DNA from: Candidatus Doudnabacteria bacterium RIFCSPHIGHO2_02_FULL_42_25
Lineage (GTDB): Bacteria > Patescibacteriota > Doudnabacteria > UBA920 > O2-02-FULL-48-8
Direction of reading: 5' to 3'
NCBI GenBank assembly: GCA_001777665.1
Contig: MFEQ01000005.1
Location: 13,673-77,672 of the forward strand
DNA: 64,000 nt
Shown in pieces: positions 9,988 through 20,566 of this stretch. Each line of letters opens with the position of its first letter. Position 1 is the stretch's first letter. Position numbers and translations under genes: made by a program. The notes beneath the pieces were generated by a model. It saw only the letters and a list, made by a program, of their open reading frames with translations. It had not been told where the DNA came from and did no database searches.

Positions 9988-10670
9988 TCAAACTGGTTGC
10001 TTTTGATTGGAACGGAACTCTTTTAGATGATATCGATGGCGGGACGATGGCTGAATCTGCCACGCGACTACACTTTGGATTTAAAGAAACAAACATTGAA
10101 GAAATTCGCGATCACTTTATTATCCCGATTAAACAATATTGGGTAAATGCTGGATTGAGTCCGGAATTTTTTGATAGTCGCGCTGAAGAGATAGAAGCTG
10201 TATATATGCAGCACTACGAACCAGAGGAAGCAAAAGTCAATCTGAGAGATGGGGCAAAAGATGCTCTTACTTGGTTAAATAACAACTCCATCGAATCGAT
10301 CATCTTTAGTAATCACATAGTTTCTCATATTGAAATTCAGAATGAAAGGCTTGGGATAAAGCATCTCATCAATCAAATTCTCGCTAGATCTACTAAGAAC
10401 GATATTACACACACCACGAAAACATTTAAAGACGAATTGCTAAAAGATTTTGTTAATAGTAAATCCTTAAACCCAAGCGAGGTTATGGTCGTAGGAGATA
10501 CTATCGAAGAGATTGAGATAGGACAAAAGTTTGGATATAAAGCAGTAGCTATAACAGGAGGATGGCAAAGTAAAAAAAGACTCAAAGCCGCGGCCCCTGA
10601 CTATATAATCCATAATCTGATAGAATTAAAGAATATTATTGAAAATATAGAAATCCATGGAAATATTTAA
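9984..10670 (+). CDS. HAD family hydrolase
   Basis: FDWNGTLLD motif I; VGDT motif IV. Confidence 0.92.
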   Translation: MIKLVAFDWNGTLLDDIDGGTMAESATRLHFGFKETNIEEIRDHFIIPIKQYWVNAGLSPEFFDSRAEEIEAVYMQHYEPEEAKVNLRDGAKDALTWLNNNSIESIIFSNHIVSHIEIQNERLGIKHLINQILARSTKNDITHTTKTFKDELLKDFVNSKSLNPSEVMVVGDTIEEIEIGQKFGYKAVAITGGWQSKKRLKAAAPDYIIHNLIELKNIIENIEIHGNI

Positions 10671-10845
10671 AACAATTTTAGGTATATTGCTAGTCATGGC
10701 ATTTTTTGCTTTTTTCATTCTGTTAAATTTCTCTATACACCTCACTTGGCTTTTCGGTAAAAAATCAGTACAACCAATCAACAGAATTATAATATCGATT
10801 ATTTTACTTTTAGCGATTATTACCATCGTTTCCTTTATTCTATAA
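10657..10845 (+). CDS. Small membrane protein
   Basis: Two TM-like helices, in-operon overlap. Confidence 0.5.
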   Translation: MEIFKTILGILLVMAFFAFFILLNFSIHLTWLFGKKSVQPINRIIISIILLLAIITIVSFIL

Positions 10846-10938
10846 CTCATCTATGGAAGACTTAATACGAGAAATTAAAAATTTAAAAGGTTAGATGATA
10901 TAATTCAAATTATACGAATACTATCCAAATGACCCGAA

Positions 10939-11250
10939 ATGGACGAAACTAGAATTGTTGAAAAAGAACTATCATATTTACGTGAAAAGGATATAACAAA
11001 AATGAATTCTCAATCATTGTCCGGCAATAGATTTGATTTTATTGTGGCTAATAAGATTATTGTCGATTTTAAAGCAAAGGCTTATATCACTAAGGATGAT
11101 TACAATCAGATGCAAAGATATTTAAAGAGTGCTAATCTAGAACTAGGAATAATTGTAAACATGCGTAATTATAACCTCAGACCAAAACGAATTCTAAATT
11201 CTGATTACACTCCTGCTTCGGATAATTCGGATGGTCATTCGGGTCATTAG
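10939..11250 (+). pseudogene. GxxExxY family PD-(D/E)xK-like protein with in-frame internal deletion
   Basis: KELSY is joined directly to LREK; C-terminal DFIV..KIIVDFK..Q..RYL..LGIIVN is kept but the GxxExxY segment is absent. Flanked by inverted repeats. Confidence 0.7.
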
Positions 11251-11265
11251 GATTAAATCAAAACT

Positions 11266-12367
11266 ATGATAGAAGAGTTACAAAGAAATATAGAAAGTCT
11301 CCAAAGCAATGCTAGGAACTTGAAGGAGCATCTTTGACCTGGGTCCAAAGAAACAAAAAATTCTTGAGTTAGAAGACGAGATGTCTGACCCGAAATTTTG
11401 GTCAGACCAGGACAATGCCAGGATCAAATCCAAGCAGGCGAGTGACCTCAAAAACGATGTAGACTCGTGGTTTAAGTTTGAACAAGATTTAGCCGATTTA
11501 GAAGAACTTTGCACTATGGCTGTCAAAGAGAGCGATAAGGCCCTTGAGCGTGATCTAAAGGCCAAATTTGAAGCCCTACAGGCTGCTTTTGAGCAATTCC
11601 GTCTAAGAACCTTTTTATCCGAAAAATATGATGATCACGACGCCCTTTTATCCATCCACGCCGGTGCTGGTGGTGTCGATGCCCAGGACTGGGCCGAGAT
11701 GCTGTTACGAATGTACGTGCGGTTTGCCGAATCCAAAAAGTTTAAAACACTTGTCATAGACGAAAGTCGTGGATCAGAAGCAGGGATCAAAAGTGTCGTC
11801 ATCGAAATCATCGGTCCTTATGCTTACGGTTTCTTTAAAAGTGAGGCCGGGGTCCACCGTCTGGTTCGTCAATCGCCTTTTAATTCGACTCATACCAGAG
11901 AAACATCTTTCGCATTGGTGGAAGTGTTGCCAGCCATCCAGCAACATGAATTTAAACTAAACTTAGATGAAATAGAAATTGAAGCCAAAACTAGCCGCGG
12001 GCATGGCGGTCAATCCGTAAATACAACTTATTCGGCTATCAGAGCCACTCATCGACCTACAGGGATCACCGTTACCATTCAAAACGAACGTTCGCAAGCG
12101 CAGAACAAAGAACAGGCACTGAAGATACTAGCGAGTAAACTAGCCCAACTCGAAGAACAAAAACGTCAGGAAGAAAAGTTAAAGATTAGAGGCGAGTTTC
12201 ATTCCGCCGAATGGGGGAATCAAATCCGATCCTATGTGTTGCATCCTTACAAATTAGTGAAGGATCATCGGACTAACTATGAAACTTCGGATGCGAGTGG
12301 TGTCTTAGAGGGGAACATCGAAGAGTTTATAAAGCGTTACTTAGAGAAAAATAGAAATCTGTTATAA
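11266..12367 (+). CDS. prfB: Peptide chain release factor 2 with programmed +1 frameshift
   Basis: ATG 11266, internal SD AGGAG 11324-11328, CTT TGA C at 11332-11338; SPF and GGQ motifs. Confidence 0.98.
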
Positions 12368-12376
12368 TAAATACAA

Positions 12377-13054
12377 ATGATCAAATTCGATTCAGTAACA
12401 AAAGCCTACAATAAAGTTTTAGCACTCAACAATGTTAATCTTGAAATTCACAAAGGTGAGTTTCTTTCTGTTGTCGGTCAATCCGGGGCAGGTAAATCGA
12501 CAATGATGTCTTTAATTATTGGAGAGGAACGACCCGATGAAGGTCAAATACTTATCGATGACATAGATATTGCAGCCATAAGGGCTAAGGACATTCCTTA
12601 CCTAAGACGAAAAATCGGTGTTGTTTTCCAAGATATCAAACTTTTGCCTATGCGTACCGCTTTTGAAAACATCGCCTTTGCCTTAGAAGTATCCGGCGAA
12701 AAACCCTCAATGATACAGAAAGAAGTTCCGAAGATTCTAGAAATGGTCGGATTAGAAGAAAAATCAAAAGCTTTTCCCCATGAAATGTCTGGTGGTGAAA
12801 GACAAAGAGTAGCGATTGCTCGGGCCTTAGCCCATAAACCAGTCTTACTTTTGGCAGATGAGCCTACCGGTAACCTTGATTCCATCAATGCTTGGGAAAT
12901 TATTCAGCTACTGCTAAAAATAAATAAAGCTGGAACCACGGTAATTCTAGCCACGCATGCCAAAGATATAGTTAACAGTGTCAAAAAGCGCGTCATAACT
13001 TTGGAAAACGGCGAAGTTGTCTACGACCAAGAAAAAGGGAAATACGTCCTATGA
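12377..13054 (+). CDS. ftsE: Cell division ATP-binding protein FtsE
   Basis: GQSGAGKST, LRRKIGVVFQD, SGGE, ADEPTGNLD. Confidence 0.95.
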   Translation: MIKFDSVTKAYNKVLALNNVNLEIHKGEFLSVVGQSGAGKSTMMSLIIGEERPDEGQILIDDIDIAAIRAKDIPYLRRKIGVVFQDIKLLPMRTAFENIAFALEVSGEKPSMIQKEVPKILEMVGLEEKSKAFPHEMSGGERQRVAIARALAHKPVLLLADEPTGNLDSINAWEIIQLLLKINKAGTTVILATHAKDIVNSVKKRVITLENGEVVYDQEKGKYVL

Positions 13055-13962
13055 CCAAGACCATCACAACCAGGCGAGTAGTCCGGTCGGCGGTCACAAA
13101 TTTTTTCCGCAATTTTTGGGTTTCTGTAGCCGCAACCTCTATGGTTGCAATTACTTTATTTATTATTTCAACAATTCTTGTGCTTTATACTCTTGCTGTG
13201 CTTTCGATCAGCAACAGTCAGGACAAAGTTGGCGTGATCACAGCATACTTTAATGATAAAACCACTGACCAGGAGATGGCGGATATCAAAGCTGAAGTAG
13301 AATTACTTCCCAATGTTCGAGAAGTCATTTTCATTTCTCACGAGGAAGCTGAACGAAGATTCCGCGAACGACACAAAGACAATTCAATTCTTATCAGTAG
13401 TCTAAGTGAATTTGAAAAACCCGTTCAAGCATCATTATCCATACGTTCCGAGGATTTGAATAATTACGAAGGTCTCTATAACGAATTGAAAAGTCAGAGA
13501 TATTCTGCGTACTTTGATCGTGTCAGTGATACGAGAGTAGTTATCGAGAAGTTATCGAGGATTATTGACTTCATCACGAAATTTGGAATTATTCTGGCGT
13601 TAATTTTCATGGCCGTGACCGTGATGGTGACGTTTAATACGATCAGACTGACTATTTATAATCGCCGGGAAGAAGTTGAGATTATGCGGCTCGTCGGTGC
13701 GACAAACTGGTACATTCGCTGGCCATTTATTATAGAAGCCATGATGTACGCTGTTTTGGCGACACTTATCGTCTCAATAGTTGCCTTCGGACTTTTATAT
13801 CTGCTCTCGGGGAGTATCGAAGAGTTTTTGTCGCTGGATAGCCTGGGTACGAATTTAATCAACGCCCTCTTTTCCAGAATCGTCATAGTAAACATCCTAG
13901 CAAGTTTGGGTTTATCCATCCTCGCGTCATATATTGCTATCCGAAGGTATTTGAAGATATAA
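13051..13962 (+). CDS. ftsX: Cell division permease FtsX
   Basis: [28 protein letters not shown]. Confidence 0.95.
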   Translation: MTKTITTRRVVRSAVTNFFRNFWVSVAATSMVAITLFIISTILVLYTLAVLSISNSQDKVGVITAYFNDKTTDQEMADIKAEVELLPNVREVIFISHEEAERRFRERHKDNSILISSLSEFEKPVQASLSIRSEDLNNYEGLYNELKSQRYSAYFDRVSDTRVVIEKLSRIIDFITKFGIILALIFMAVTVMVTFNTIRLTIYNRREEVEIMRLVGATNWYIRWPFIIEAMMYAVLATLIVSIVAFGLLYLLSGSIEEFLSLDSLGTNLINALFSRIVIVNILASLGLSILASYIAIRRYLKI

Positions 13963-13969
13963 TCACTTT

Positions 13970-14419
13970 ATGAAAGTGATTCTAACCAAAGACGTGGCTG
14001 GAATGGGTCGCGCTGGCGATATCAAAGAAGTCTCTGATGGGCATGCCAGAAATTTTTTAATTCCAAAACATTTGGCTTTGCCAGCAACAACTGATGTACT
14101 TGCTCGAGTTCAGAAAGAAGAAAAAGAACATCAAGAAAAAGTTAAAAGGTTGCAAGAACAAGCTGGTACACTAAAAAGTAAAATCGAAAACAAAACTTTT
14201 ATCATCACGGTCAAAGACAGCGGTGTGCACAAGCTATATTCCGCTATTCACGAAGATCAGATCGCCCAGGAAATAAGTAAAAAAATTGACTTGTCTATCG
14301 CGCCAATTCAGGTTATAATCAAGCAAGCTATTAACACTTTGGGCATTCATGATGCCGAAATTAAATTAACAGATTCTATCCATGCCACGGTCAAAATCGA
14401 AGTCAAGAAACAGAACTAA
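13970..14419 (+). CDS. rplI: 50S ribosomal protein L9
   Basis: [22 protein letters not shown]. Confidence 0.98.
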   Translation: MKVILTKDVAGMGRAGDIKEVSDGHARNFLIPKHLALPATTDVLARVQKEEKEHQEKVKRLQEQAGTLKSKIENKTFIITVKDSGVHKLYSAIHEDQIAQEISKKIDLSIAPIQVIIKQAINTLGIHDAEIKLTDSIHATVKIEVKKQN

Positions 14420-16037
14420 AAGATCAACCAAGTATATTTTCGTCTCCGGAGGTGTTATTTCTGGTCTCGGAAAGGGGATCACAGCGGCATCGATTGCCGC
14501 TATTTTAAAGGGCAAAGGCTACACCATCTCACCGGTTAAAGTCGATATGTATCTCAACCAAGACGCTGGCACCATCCGTCCGCAGGAACACGGGGAAGTT
14601 TTTGTTGCTGATGATGGAATCGAGACTGATCAGGACTTGGGTCATTACGAAAGATTTCTCAACACCAATCTTTCCAAAGTTAATTACATGACCACAGGTC
14701 AGGTCTACGGTGAAGTCCTCCGTAAAGAGCGCGCTTTTGAATATGACGGAGAAGACGTGGAAGCAATCCCGCATGTCACTGACGAAATTATTCGCCGGTT
14801 TAAACAAGCCGGCAAAAACGCAGATATCGTGATTATCGAACTCGGCGGCACAGTAGGTGAGTACCAAAATGCAATTTTCTTTGAAGCCTCTCGTATCATG
14901 AAGCTCCGAGCGCCTAAAGATGTCATCCAAGTTCATGTCGCTTACTTACCAATCCCGGGGAATTTGGGAGAAATGAAATCCAAACCAGTTCAGCAATCCG
15001 TCCGATTGTTAAACGCCATGGGCATTGAACCAGATTTTATAGTGGCGAGAGCTGAACACTATGTCGACGATAGACGTAAAGAACGAATTGCACTTTTTTG
15101 CAATGTCAAAAAAGAAGATGTTATTTCTAACCCTGATCTAAATTCAATTTACGAAGTGCCTTTGGTTTTGCAGCAACAAAAATTCGGTGAGAAAATTCTA
15201 AACAAATTCAATTTGCCGACAGGTCGCAAAAATTTGGAACAATGGAGAAAACTGGTCCGAACCATGAAAACGGTGAAAAAAGAAGTTCACATCGGTGTAG
15301 TCGGCAAATACTTTGGTACTGGCAATTATCACTTGTCTGACGTCTATGTTTCGATTATAGAAGCACTAAAAGCTGCCTCATGGTATAACAAAGTTAAACC
15401 CGTTCTTCACTGGATTGATTCAGAGAAGATTGAAAAAGAAGGAACAGCCATTTTACATAAAATGGATGGAATTGTCATTACTCCCGGCTTTGGTAAACGG
15501 GGGATAGAAGGAATGATTTCGGCTATTAATTATGCTCGAACCAAAAAGGTTCCTTATCTGGGCTTGTGTTATGGTATGCAGATGGCAACTATCGAGTTCG
15601 CTAGGAATGTTTTGAGGCTCAAAAACGCCCATACTGTGGAAGTAGACGATGGAACACCGCACCCAGTCATAAACATCATGCCAGATCAAGAAAAAAAGCT
15701 TCTGAAGAGAGATTATGGGGCATCGATGCGTCTGGGAGCATGGGTTTGTGTTCTCAAGCCAGGATCAAAAGCCGAAAAAGCCTATGGCACCAGGAGAATT
15801 ATGGAGCGCCATCGCCATCGCTACGAATTCAATAATAAGTATCGCAAGCAATTTGAAGCCAAAGGATTTGTCTTTTCAGGAACCTCACCAGACGGTCATT
15901 TAGTAGAAATTATCGAGATAGCTGATCATCCATTCTTCGTCGGAGTCCAGTTCCACCCAGAATTCAAATCGCGCCCACTTGCCCCAGGTCCGCTCTTTAG
16001 AGACTTCGTCAAAGCATCGATAAAGAATAAGAAATAG
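14382..16037 (+). CDS. pyrG: CTP synthase
   Basis: [37 protein letters not shown]. Confidence 0.99.
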   Translation: MPRSKSKSRNRTKRSTKYIFVSGGVISGLGKGITAASIAAILKGKGYTISPVKVDMYLNQDAGTIRPQEHGEVFVADDGIETDQDLGHYERFLNTNLSKVNYMTTGQVYGEVLRKERAFEYDGEDVEAIPHVTDEIIRRFKQAGKNADIVIIELGGTVGEYQNAIFFEASRIMKLRAPKDVIQVHVAYLPIPGNLGEMKSKPVQQSVRLLNAMGIEPDFIVARAEHYVDDRRKERIALFCNVKKEDVISNPDLNSIYEVPLVLQQQKFGEKILNKFNLPTGRKNLEQWRKLVRTMKTVKKEVHIGVVGKYFGTGNYHLSDVYVSIIEALKAASWYNKVKPVLHWIDSEKIEKEGTAILHKMDGIVITPGFGKRGIEGMISAINYARTKKVPYLGLCYGMQMATIEFARNVLRLKNAHTVEVDDGTPHPVINIMPDQEKKLLKRDYGASMRLGAWVCVLKPGSKAEKAYGTRRIMERHRHRYEFNNKYRKQFEAKGFVFSGTSPDGHLVEIIEIADHPFFVGVQFHPEFKSRPLAPGPLFRDFVKASIKNKK

Positions 16038-16045
16038 GTTATAAC

Positions 16046-16072
16046 AAAAAAGCCTCGTTGAGAGGCTTTTTT
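16046..16072. terminator. Bidirectional terminator between pyrG and rpmA
   Basis: AAAAAAGCCTC-gttga-GAGGCTTTTTT. Confidence 0.85.
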
Positions 16073-16348
16073 CTATTTTACTATGTGGACAAACTTTCTA
16101 AGATGAAGGCTGCCATCGAAACCCCGCATTTTTTTGGATGTAAACTTTACTGTTCCATCGGCGACTGCGTACAAAGTGTCGTCAGAACCTTTGCGAACGT
16201 TTTTGCCTGGATGCCATTTGGTACCACGCTGACGGATCAGAACGCTACCAACATGAGCTGATTGACCACCGAAAATTTTCACACCTAGTCTTTTGGCTTG
16301 GGAGTCTCTACCTAGTGCTGTAGAACCTCCGGCTTTCTTATGTGCCAT
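16073..16348 (-). CDS. rpmA: 50S ribosomal protein L27
   Basis: [25 protein letters not shown]. Confidence 0.99.
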   Translation of the reverse strand: MAHKKAGGSTALGRDSQAKRLGVKIFGGQSAHVGSVLIRQRGTKWHPGKNVRKGSDDTLYAVADGTVKFTSKKMRGFDGSLHLRKFVHIVK

Positions 16349-16351
16349 GTC

Positions 16352-17686
16352 TTATTCCTTATCAGCGGATTCTGTCTCCGATGCGTTTGCATCTTCTATT
16401 ACAGGTTCCGTCTTAATGATTTCACCGTAATGAAAAACTATTATTTCTCTAGCCACTACCTGATCTTTTCTATCGTAAATTATCGATTTTCTAGGGGTTA
16501 CTCGTAAAAATTTATATTTCGTGGATAAATCTTTAGGTAATGGATCTAAGACAGTATACCCATTTTGCTCGGCAAAGTCAAGATCTGGCATCTGTTCATA
16601 AGCTGATGCGCTGACTCTGTAAGCCGGTAAGCATAAAATTACTCGACTGCCTTCAGTGAGGAATTTTTTGAATTCTTTGAAGACTTGATCGTAGAGTTTG
16701 CTTAAATTTTTAAAATTATTCTGCATTTCAGGCTTTTTGGGCATTTTGCCATAGATAGGACCCAGTGTACCCTCTGTAACTATTGCCGCAATCTTTAGAT
16801 TCGGGATTTGCATAGAAATTTCTGCCGCATGTGACTTGAACAGCTTATATCGACCAGGGGAGACATGATAGCGATTTCGAAACCATTCCAAATTTTTCTC
16901 GCTATTCTCAATCATTTTTTGTTCAAGGTCAGAGCCAAGCGCTTTATATCCCATGAGCATGGCTTCCTGTAGAATTGTGCCTGATCCACAAAAAGGATCG
17001 AGGATCTGACCCAATGGCTTAAGGGGTCCAGCTAAATTAATCATGATCTGTGCAACTTTCGGAGGAATCATCCCGACTTTTTCATCACGTGAAGGGCGTT
17101 GGTAATCGCGTCTTCCATAATCTTCGTAGTTTTGGACGACTAAAGTTTTACCAACGAACAAACGTTGGTTACCACTAATGATCACAATCTCGGCCCCTTT
17201 GTTCAATATCTGATTTTCAGTAACTTGAACAGAGGAAAGTGCTTGGGAGGGGAATTGAGGCAAGACAGCTCGAACACTCTGAGCTTGATCTTGAAGAATT
17301 TTTTTGATTAAAAAAGCAATTCGTCCAACTTCTTCACGAAATCGGATACTCGGGTCGAGCGAATATATCGAAACACCGAATTGTTTCTTACCAGTATAGT
17401 CGTGGAAATATCCCTTGATCTGCTTATAGGTAAAGTAATTAGTCAGAACTTGGGACGGGTATTCCTTACCCTTCTTTTGAAAAGTATCAATTAAGCGTAT
17501 AATTTTAATAACCCCACCTAAGTGGGCCTGGAATTCTTCAGCTTTTATCTGCTGATCCAATTCTAAAACCACGACTTCGGGCGAACATGCCTTTACTTGG
17601 TACTTAATTCCTTTCGAAATTAAGACTTGGAGTAATTCAGCCAAAGATAAAGTATAGACCCTCCCTAGGACAAATGCGTACTGCAT
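16352..17686 (-). CDS. Trm11/UPF0020-like SAM-dependent RNA methyltransferase
   Basis: GMIPPKVAQIMINL, LDPFCGSGT, GSD. Start set at ATG 17686. Confidence 0.85.
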   Translation of the reverse strand: MQYAFVLGRVYTLSLAELLQVLISKGIKYQVKACSPEVVVLELDQQIKAEEFQAHLGGVIKIIRLIDTFQKKGKEYPSQVLTNYFTYKQIKGYFHDYTGKKQFGVSIYSLDPSIRFREEVGRIAFLIKKILQDQAQSVRAVLPQFPSQALSSVQVTENQILNKGAEIVIISGNQRLFVGKTLVVQNYEDYGRRDYQRPSRDEKVGMIPPKVAQIMINLAGPLKPLGQILDPFCGSGTILQEAMLMGYKALGSDLEQKMIENSEKNLEWFRNRYHVSPGRYKLFKSHAAEISMQIPNLKIAAIVTEGTLGPIYGKMPKKPEMQNNFKNLSKLYDQVFKEFKKFLTEGSRVILCLPAYRVSASAYEQMPDLDFAEQNGYTVLDPLPKDLSTKYKFLRVTPRKSIIYDRKDQVVAREIIVFHYGEIIKTEPVIEDANASETESADKE

Positions 17687-18022
17687 ATGATAATTAAAGA
17701 ATTTATTAAAACTCACCAGCAAGCAATAGTTCTCACAATCGGCTACGTACTCGTGGCAAGTCTTGGGTTTGGATTAGGACAATTTACTACCAACAAAACT
17801 GAGGCGCCTGAAATCAAAGTCGAACAAGCTTTTACACCTACTAATTATACTCCAACTGTGTCTGGAACTCAACAGATCTGCGACGGCAAAATCAAAGGCT
17901 CGAAAAGCATGATCTATCATTTGCCAGGTGGTGCTTTTTATGATAAAACAACTAGTCCGATAAGGTGTTTCGACACCGAAGCCGAAGCCAAATCCGCAGG
18001 CTTCAGAAAGTCATCCAGATGA
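17687..18022 (+). CDS. Membrane-anchored protein with Ada metal-binding-like C-terminal domain
   Basis: TM helix then IKG..IYHLPG..Y..CF.TEAEA..AGFR. Confidence 0.75.
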   Translation: MIIKEFIKTHQQAIVLTIGYVLVASLGFGLGQFTTNKTEAPEIKVEQAFTPTNYTPTVSGTQQICDGKIKGSKSMIYHLPGGAFYDKTTSPIRCFDTEAEAKSAGFRKSSR

Positions 18023-19191
18023 AAAGAATTTACTTAGACTATGCAGCGACAACTCCAGTTGATAAACGCGTGGTGAAAGCCATGCGAGATTTTGAATTGG
18101 AGCACTTCGGCAATCCTAGTTCGACTCATCGAGAAGGCCAGACCGCTAGAGCCAAAATTGATTTCGCTCGGGAAACCATAGCTAAGTTTCTAAATGCTCG
18201 GCCACAAGAAATTATTTTTACATCTGGCGCGACAGAAGCCAATAACCTAGCAATTAAGGGTATCGTTCAGCATTACTATCTAAACAACTACAAACAAAAG
18301 CCGCATGTGGTCACAACTAAGTTAGAACATCAGTCTGTTTATAATATCATAAAAGATTTAGAGAAAAAGGGGATAGTCGAGGCAACTTTTGTTCAACCGG
18401 ATAAAGATGGGATAATAAAAGTACAAGAAGTACTGGAAGCTGTGAGAGAGAACACAATTCTAGTCAGCACGATCTTCGTTTCAAACGAAATCGGTTCAGT
18501 TCTACCAATCCGTGAAATCGGAAACCATCTATCCACTCTAACCTATAACCTAAAACCTGCTTTTCATGTGGACGGAGTTCAAGCAGCTAAATTTTATAAT
18601 TTAAATGTCGAAAAATTAAATTGTGATTTACTTACCCTATCTGCTCACAAAATTTCTGGACCAAAGGGGATAGGGGCGTTATTCGTAAAGACAGGGGTCA
18701 AGCTCGACAAATTAATGGAAGGTGGTTCCCAGGAGTACGGACTACGCCCAGGGACCCAAAATACCTCTGGGATCATTGGATTTGCCCATGCGGTTGAATT
18801 ACTAGGTCCACTGGAACAACGCCAAAAAAATTCTGAAAAAATCTCTAAACTTCGGGATAAATTTATAAAAAATCTTTTAAAAATTTCTGGTATTGAATTA
18901 AATGGACCCTTGGGGGATAATCGAACCGCTGATATAGTCAGTCTGACAATTCGAGATGTGGATCAAGATGCCATCATGACTGCCCTAGACCTAGCAGGAA
19001 TTGCCGCTTCCACCGGCTCGGCATGTGTTTCCGGCTCATCCACACCATCCCACGTCATAGAAGCCCTAGGTAAGGTCAAAAACGGCTCTGCGGCAACAGT
19101 TAGGTTTACCTTGGGCTTACAAACAACTTCTAAAGACCTAGATTATACGACAGCTCAGCTGAAACAAATAATTGAAAATTTAATAAAATAA
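18019..19191 (+). CDS. iscS: Cysteine desulfurase (IscS/NifS family)
   Basis: IYLDYAATTP, FTSGATEANN, SAHKISGPKG, GSACVSG. Confidence 0.95.
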   Translation: MKRIYLDYAATTPVDKRVVKAMRDFELEHFGNPSSTHREGQTARAKIDFARETIAKFLNARPQEIIFTSGATEANNLAIKGIVQHYYLNNYKQKPHVVTTKLEHQSVYNIIKDLEKKGIVEATFVQPDKDGIIKVQEVLEAVRENTILVSTIFVSNEIGSVLPIREIGNHLSTLTYNLKPAFHVDGVQAAKFYNLNVEKLNCDLLTLSAHKISGPKGIGALFVKTGVKLDKLMEGGSQEYGLRPGTQNTSGIIGFAHAVELLGPLEQRQKNSEKISKLRDKFIKNLLKISGIELNGPLGDNRTADIVSLTIRDVDQDAIMTALDLAGIAASTGSACVSGSSTPSHVIEALGKVKNGSAATVRFTLGLQTTSKDLDYTTAQLKQIIENLIK

Positions 19192-19215
19192 AAAAACCGA
19201 AGTGGGTGACTTCGG
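19192..19215 (-). terminator. Terminator between convergent genes
   Basis: CCGAAGT-gggtg-ACTTCGG next to an A-tract. Confidence 0.7.
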
Positions 19216-19758
19216 CTAGGATGCTTTACGGCGTCTGCTGCCCACACCTGAACGTGCCAGCACTTCTATGATCGCAGATCGAAGTTTCTCGCGATTTATA
19301 TTGCGATCGATGAAGTACTTAGTCGTGCGAGGCAGGAGGCGCTTAAGCTCCTCATCAAGATCAAATGGTGGCTTCAGATTGTGCTTCACCCAATCCATCA
19401 AAGATCCAGGATCTGTTTTTAACGCCAAAATGTTTCGTTTTGCCTCCTCAATACTGATTTCTGGGTCAGACCCTGTTCGCGCCTTCTCCACGAGTACACG
19501 TCTAAGCGTCTCTCGAAGGTCATTTGAGTGAATCGTCAGATGAGCTGTGATTCCAGCCTGTGCGGCCAATCTTCGCACCCTGAAGTATTCACGGTCTGAA
19601 TGACTCTTCGGTACGCAAATCAGTTGTGTACCCTTAGGAAAATCCGACTGAGTCTGGATTTGATAAACCCTTTTAAACGACGCGCCCCGCGATTCGAACA
19701 GGTTCTTATCCGCTTCGCTCAAAGGGGCGGAATCGATAACAAGCACGATCTTGTGCAT
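19216..19758 (-). CDS. Hypothetical protein (GC-richer, SD-led)
   Basis: 180-aa ORF, AAGGAGG SD, TGcTATAAA promoter box. Confidence 0.7.
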   Translation of the reverse strand: MHKIVLVIDSAPLSEADKNLFESRGASFKRVYQIQTQSDFPKGTQLICVPKSHSDREYFRVRRLAAQAGITAHLTIHSNDLRETLRRVLVEKARTGSDPEISIEEAKRNILALKTDPGSLMDWVKHNLKPPFDLDEELKRLLPRTTKYFIDRNINREKLRSAIIEVLARSGVGSRRRKAS

Positions 19759-20029
19759 GATCCGTCCTCCTTGACGTGCAAATAGTTTATAGCAAAACAG
19801 AACTTTTGAAAAGCATCAGCAAAAGTTTCATTTAGCAAACGGTTCCACTGAGTTTATCAAAATATCTAAAGGGGAGAGAAAAATAATTTAGAATTTAAAA
19901 TGCAGAATTTAAAATGTAGGAACAGTAAATAGGCTTAAGGGACTAGTAAGGATACCTAGAGAAGAGGCTCAAAAAGGCCTTATTTAGAGATAGTGAGCTC
20001 GTCGCACAATGTACCTTCTGCGTCGTGGT

Positions 20030-20426
20030 CTAAATCAAAACTGGCGAATTCTTATATTGTTTAGTATTTGTTCTTTTTATTGAATTCATTCTACTTCTGA
20101 TACCCATGAGCCTGGAATGATCTTCTGTTATATATTTTTCTTTTTTTATTTTCTTTTCATAAATCAAAATCAGTGCCTCGCACCAAAGTTCGAAGTCTCC
20201 CCTCTTTTTAGCTCGAAGTGGGTGAGTCTTAAAGAACGGCATAAGTTTACTAAACAAATCATCTATATTTTGGACGTAAAACTGAAGCGAAATAGGGTGT
20301 CCATCTAAAATATTTTGGTTGATTGGGTCTGTTTAGTTTATTTTCACTTCTATAAGCCAAATAGAAACAACCTTCGCCATCCACGAAGCCGGAAACGTAA
20401 TCTCCAGGTAAGTTATCTGACTGCAT
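20030..20426 (-). pseudogene. Single-motif LAGLIDADG homing endonuclease, internally deleted and frameshifted
   Basis: ATG 20426 gives MQSDNLPGDYVSGFVDGEGCF; the C-terminal half (..LMPFFKTHPLRAKKRGDFELW..) continues in another frame from about 20290. Confidence 0.85.
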
Positions 20427-20533
20427 ATCACAATTTTAACACTTACTGCTTGAGTTTGCACTGCCCTAACCTATCATGTCATTAAATCTGGCGCGATCGA
20501 TTTTCGAAATTCAAAATATATAATTCAAAATTC

Positions 20534-20558
20534 AAAAGCCGACCTATGGTCGGCTTTT
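20534..20558. terminator. Hairpin terminator
   Basis: AAAAGCCGACC-tat-GGTCGGCTTTT. Confidence 0.8.
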
Positions 20559-20566
20559 GCTCTCCC

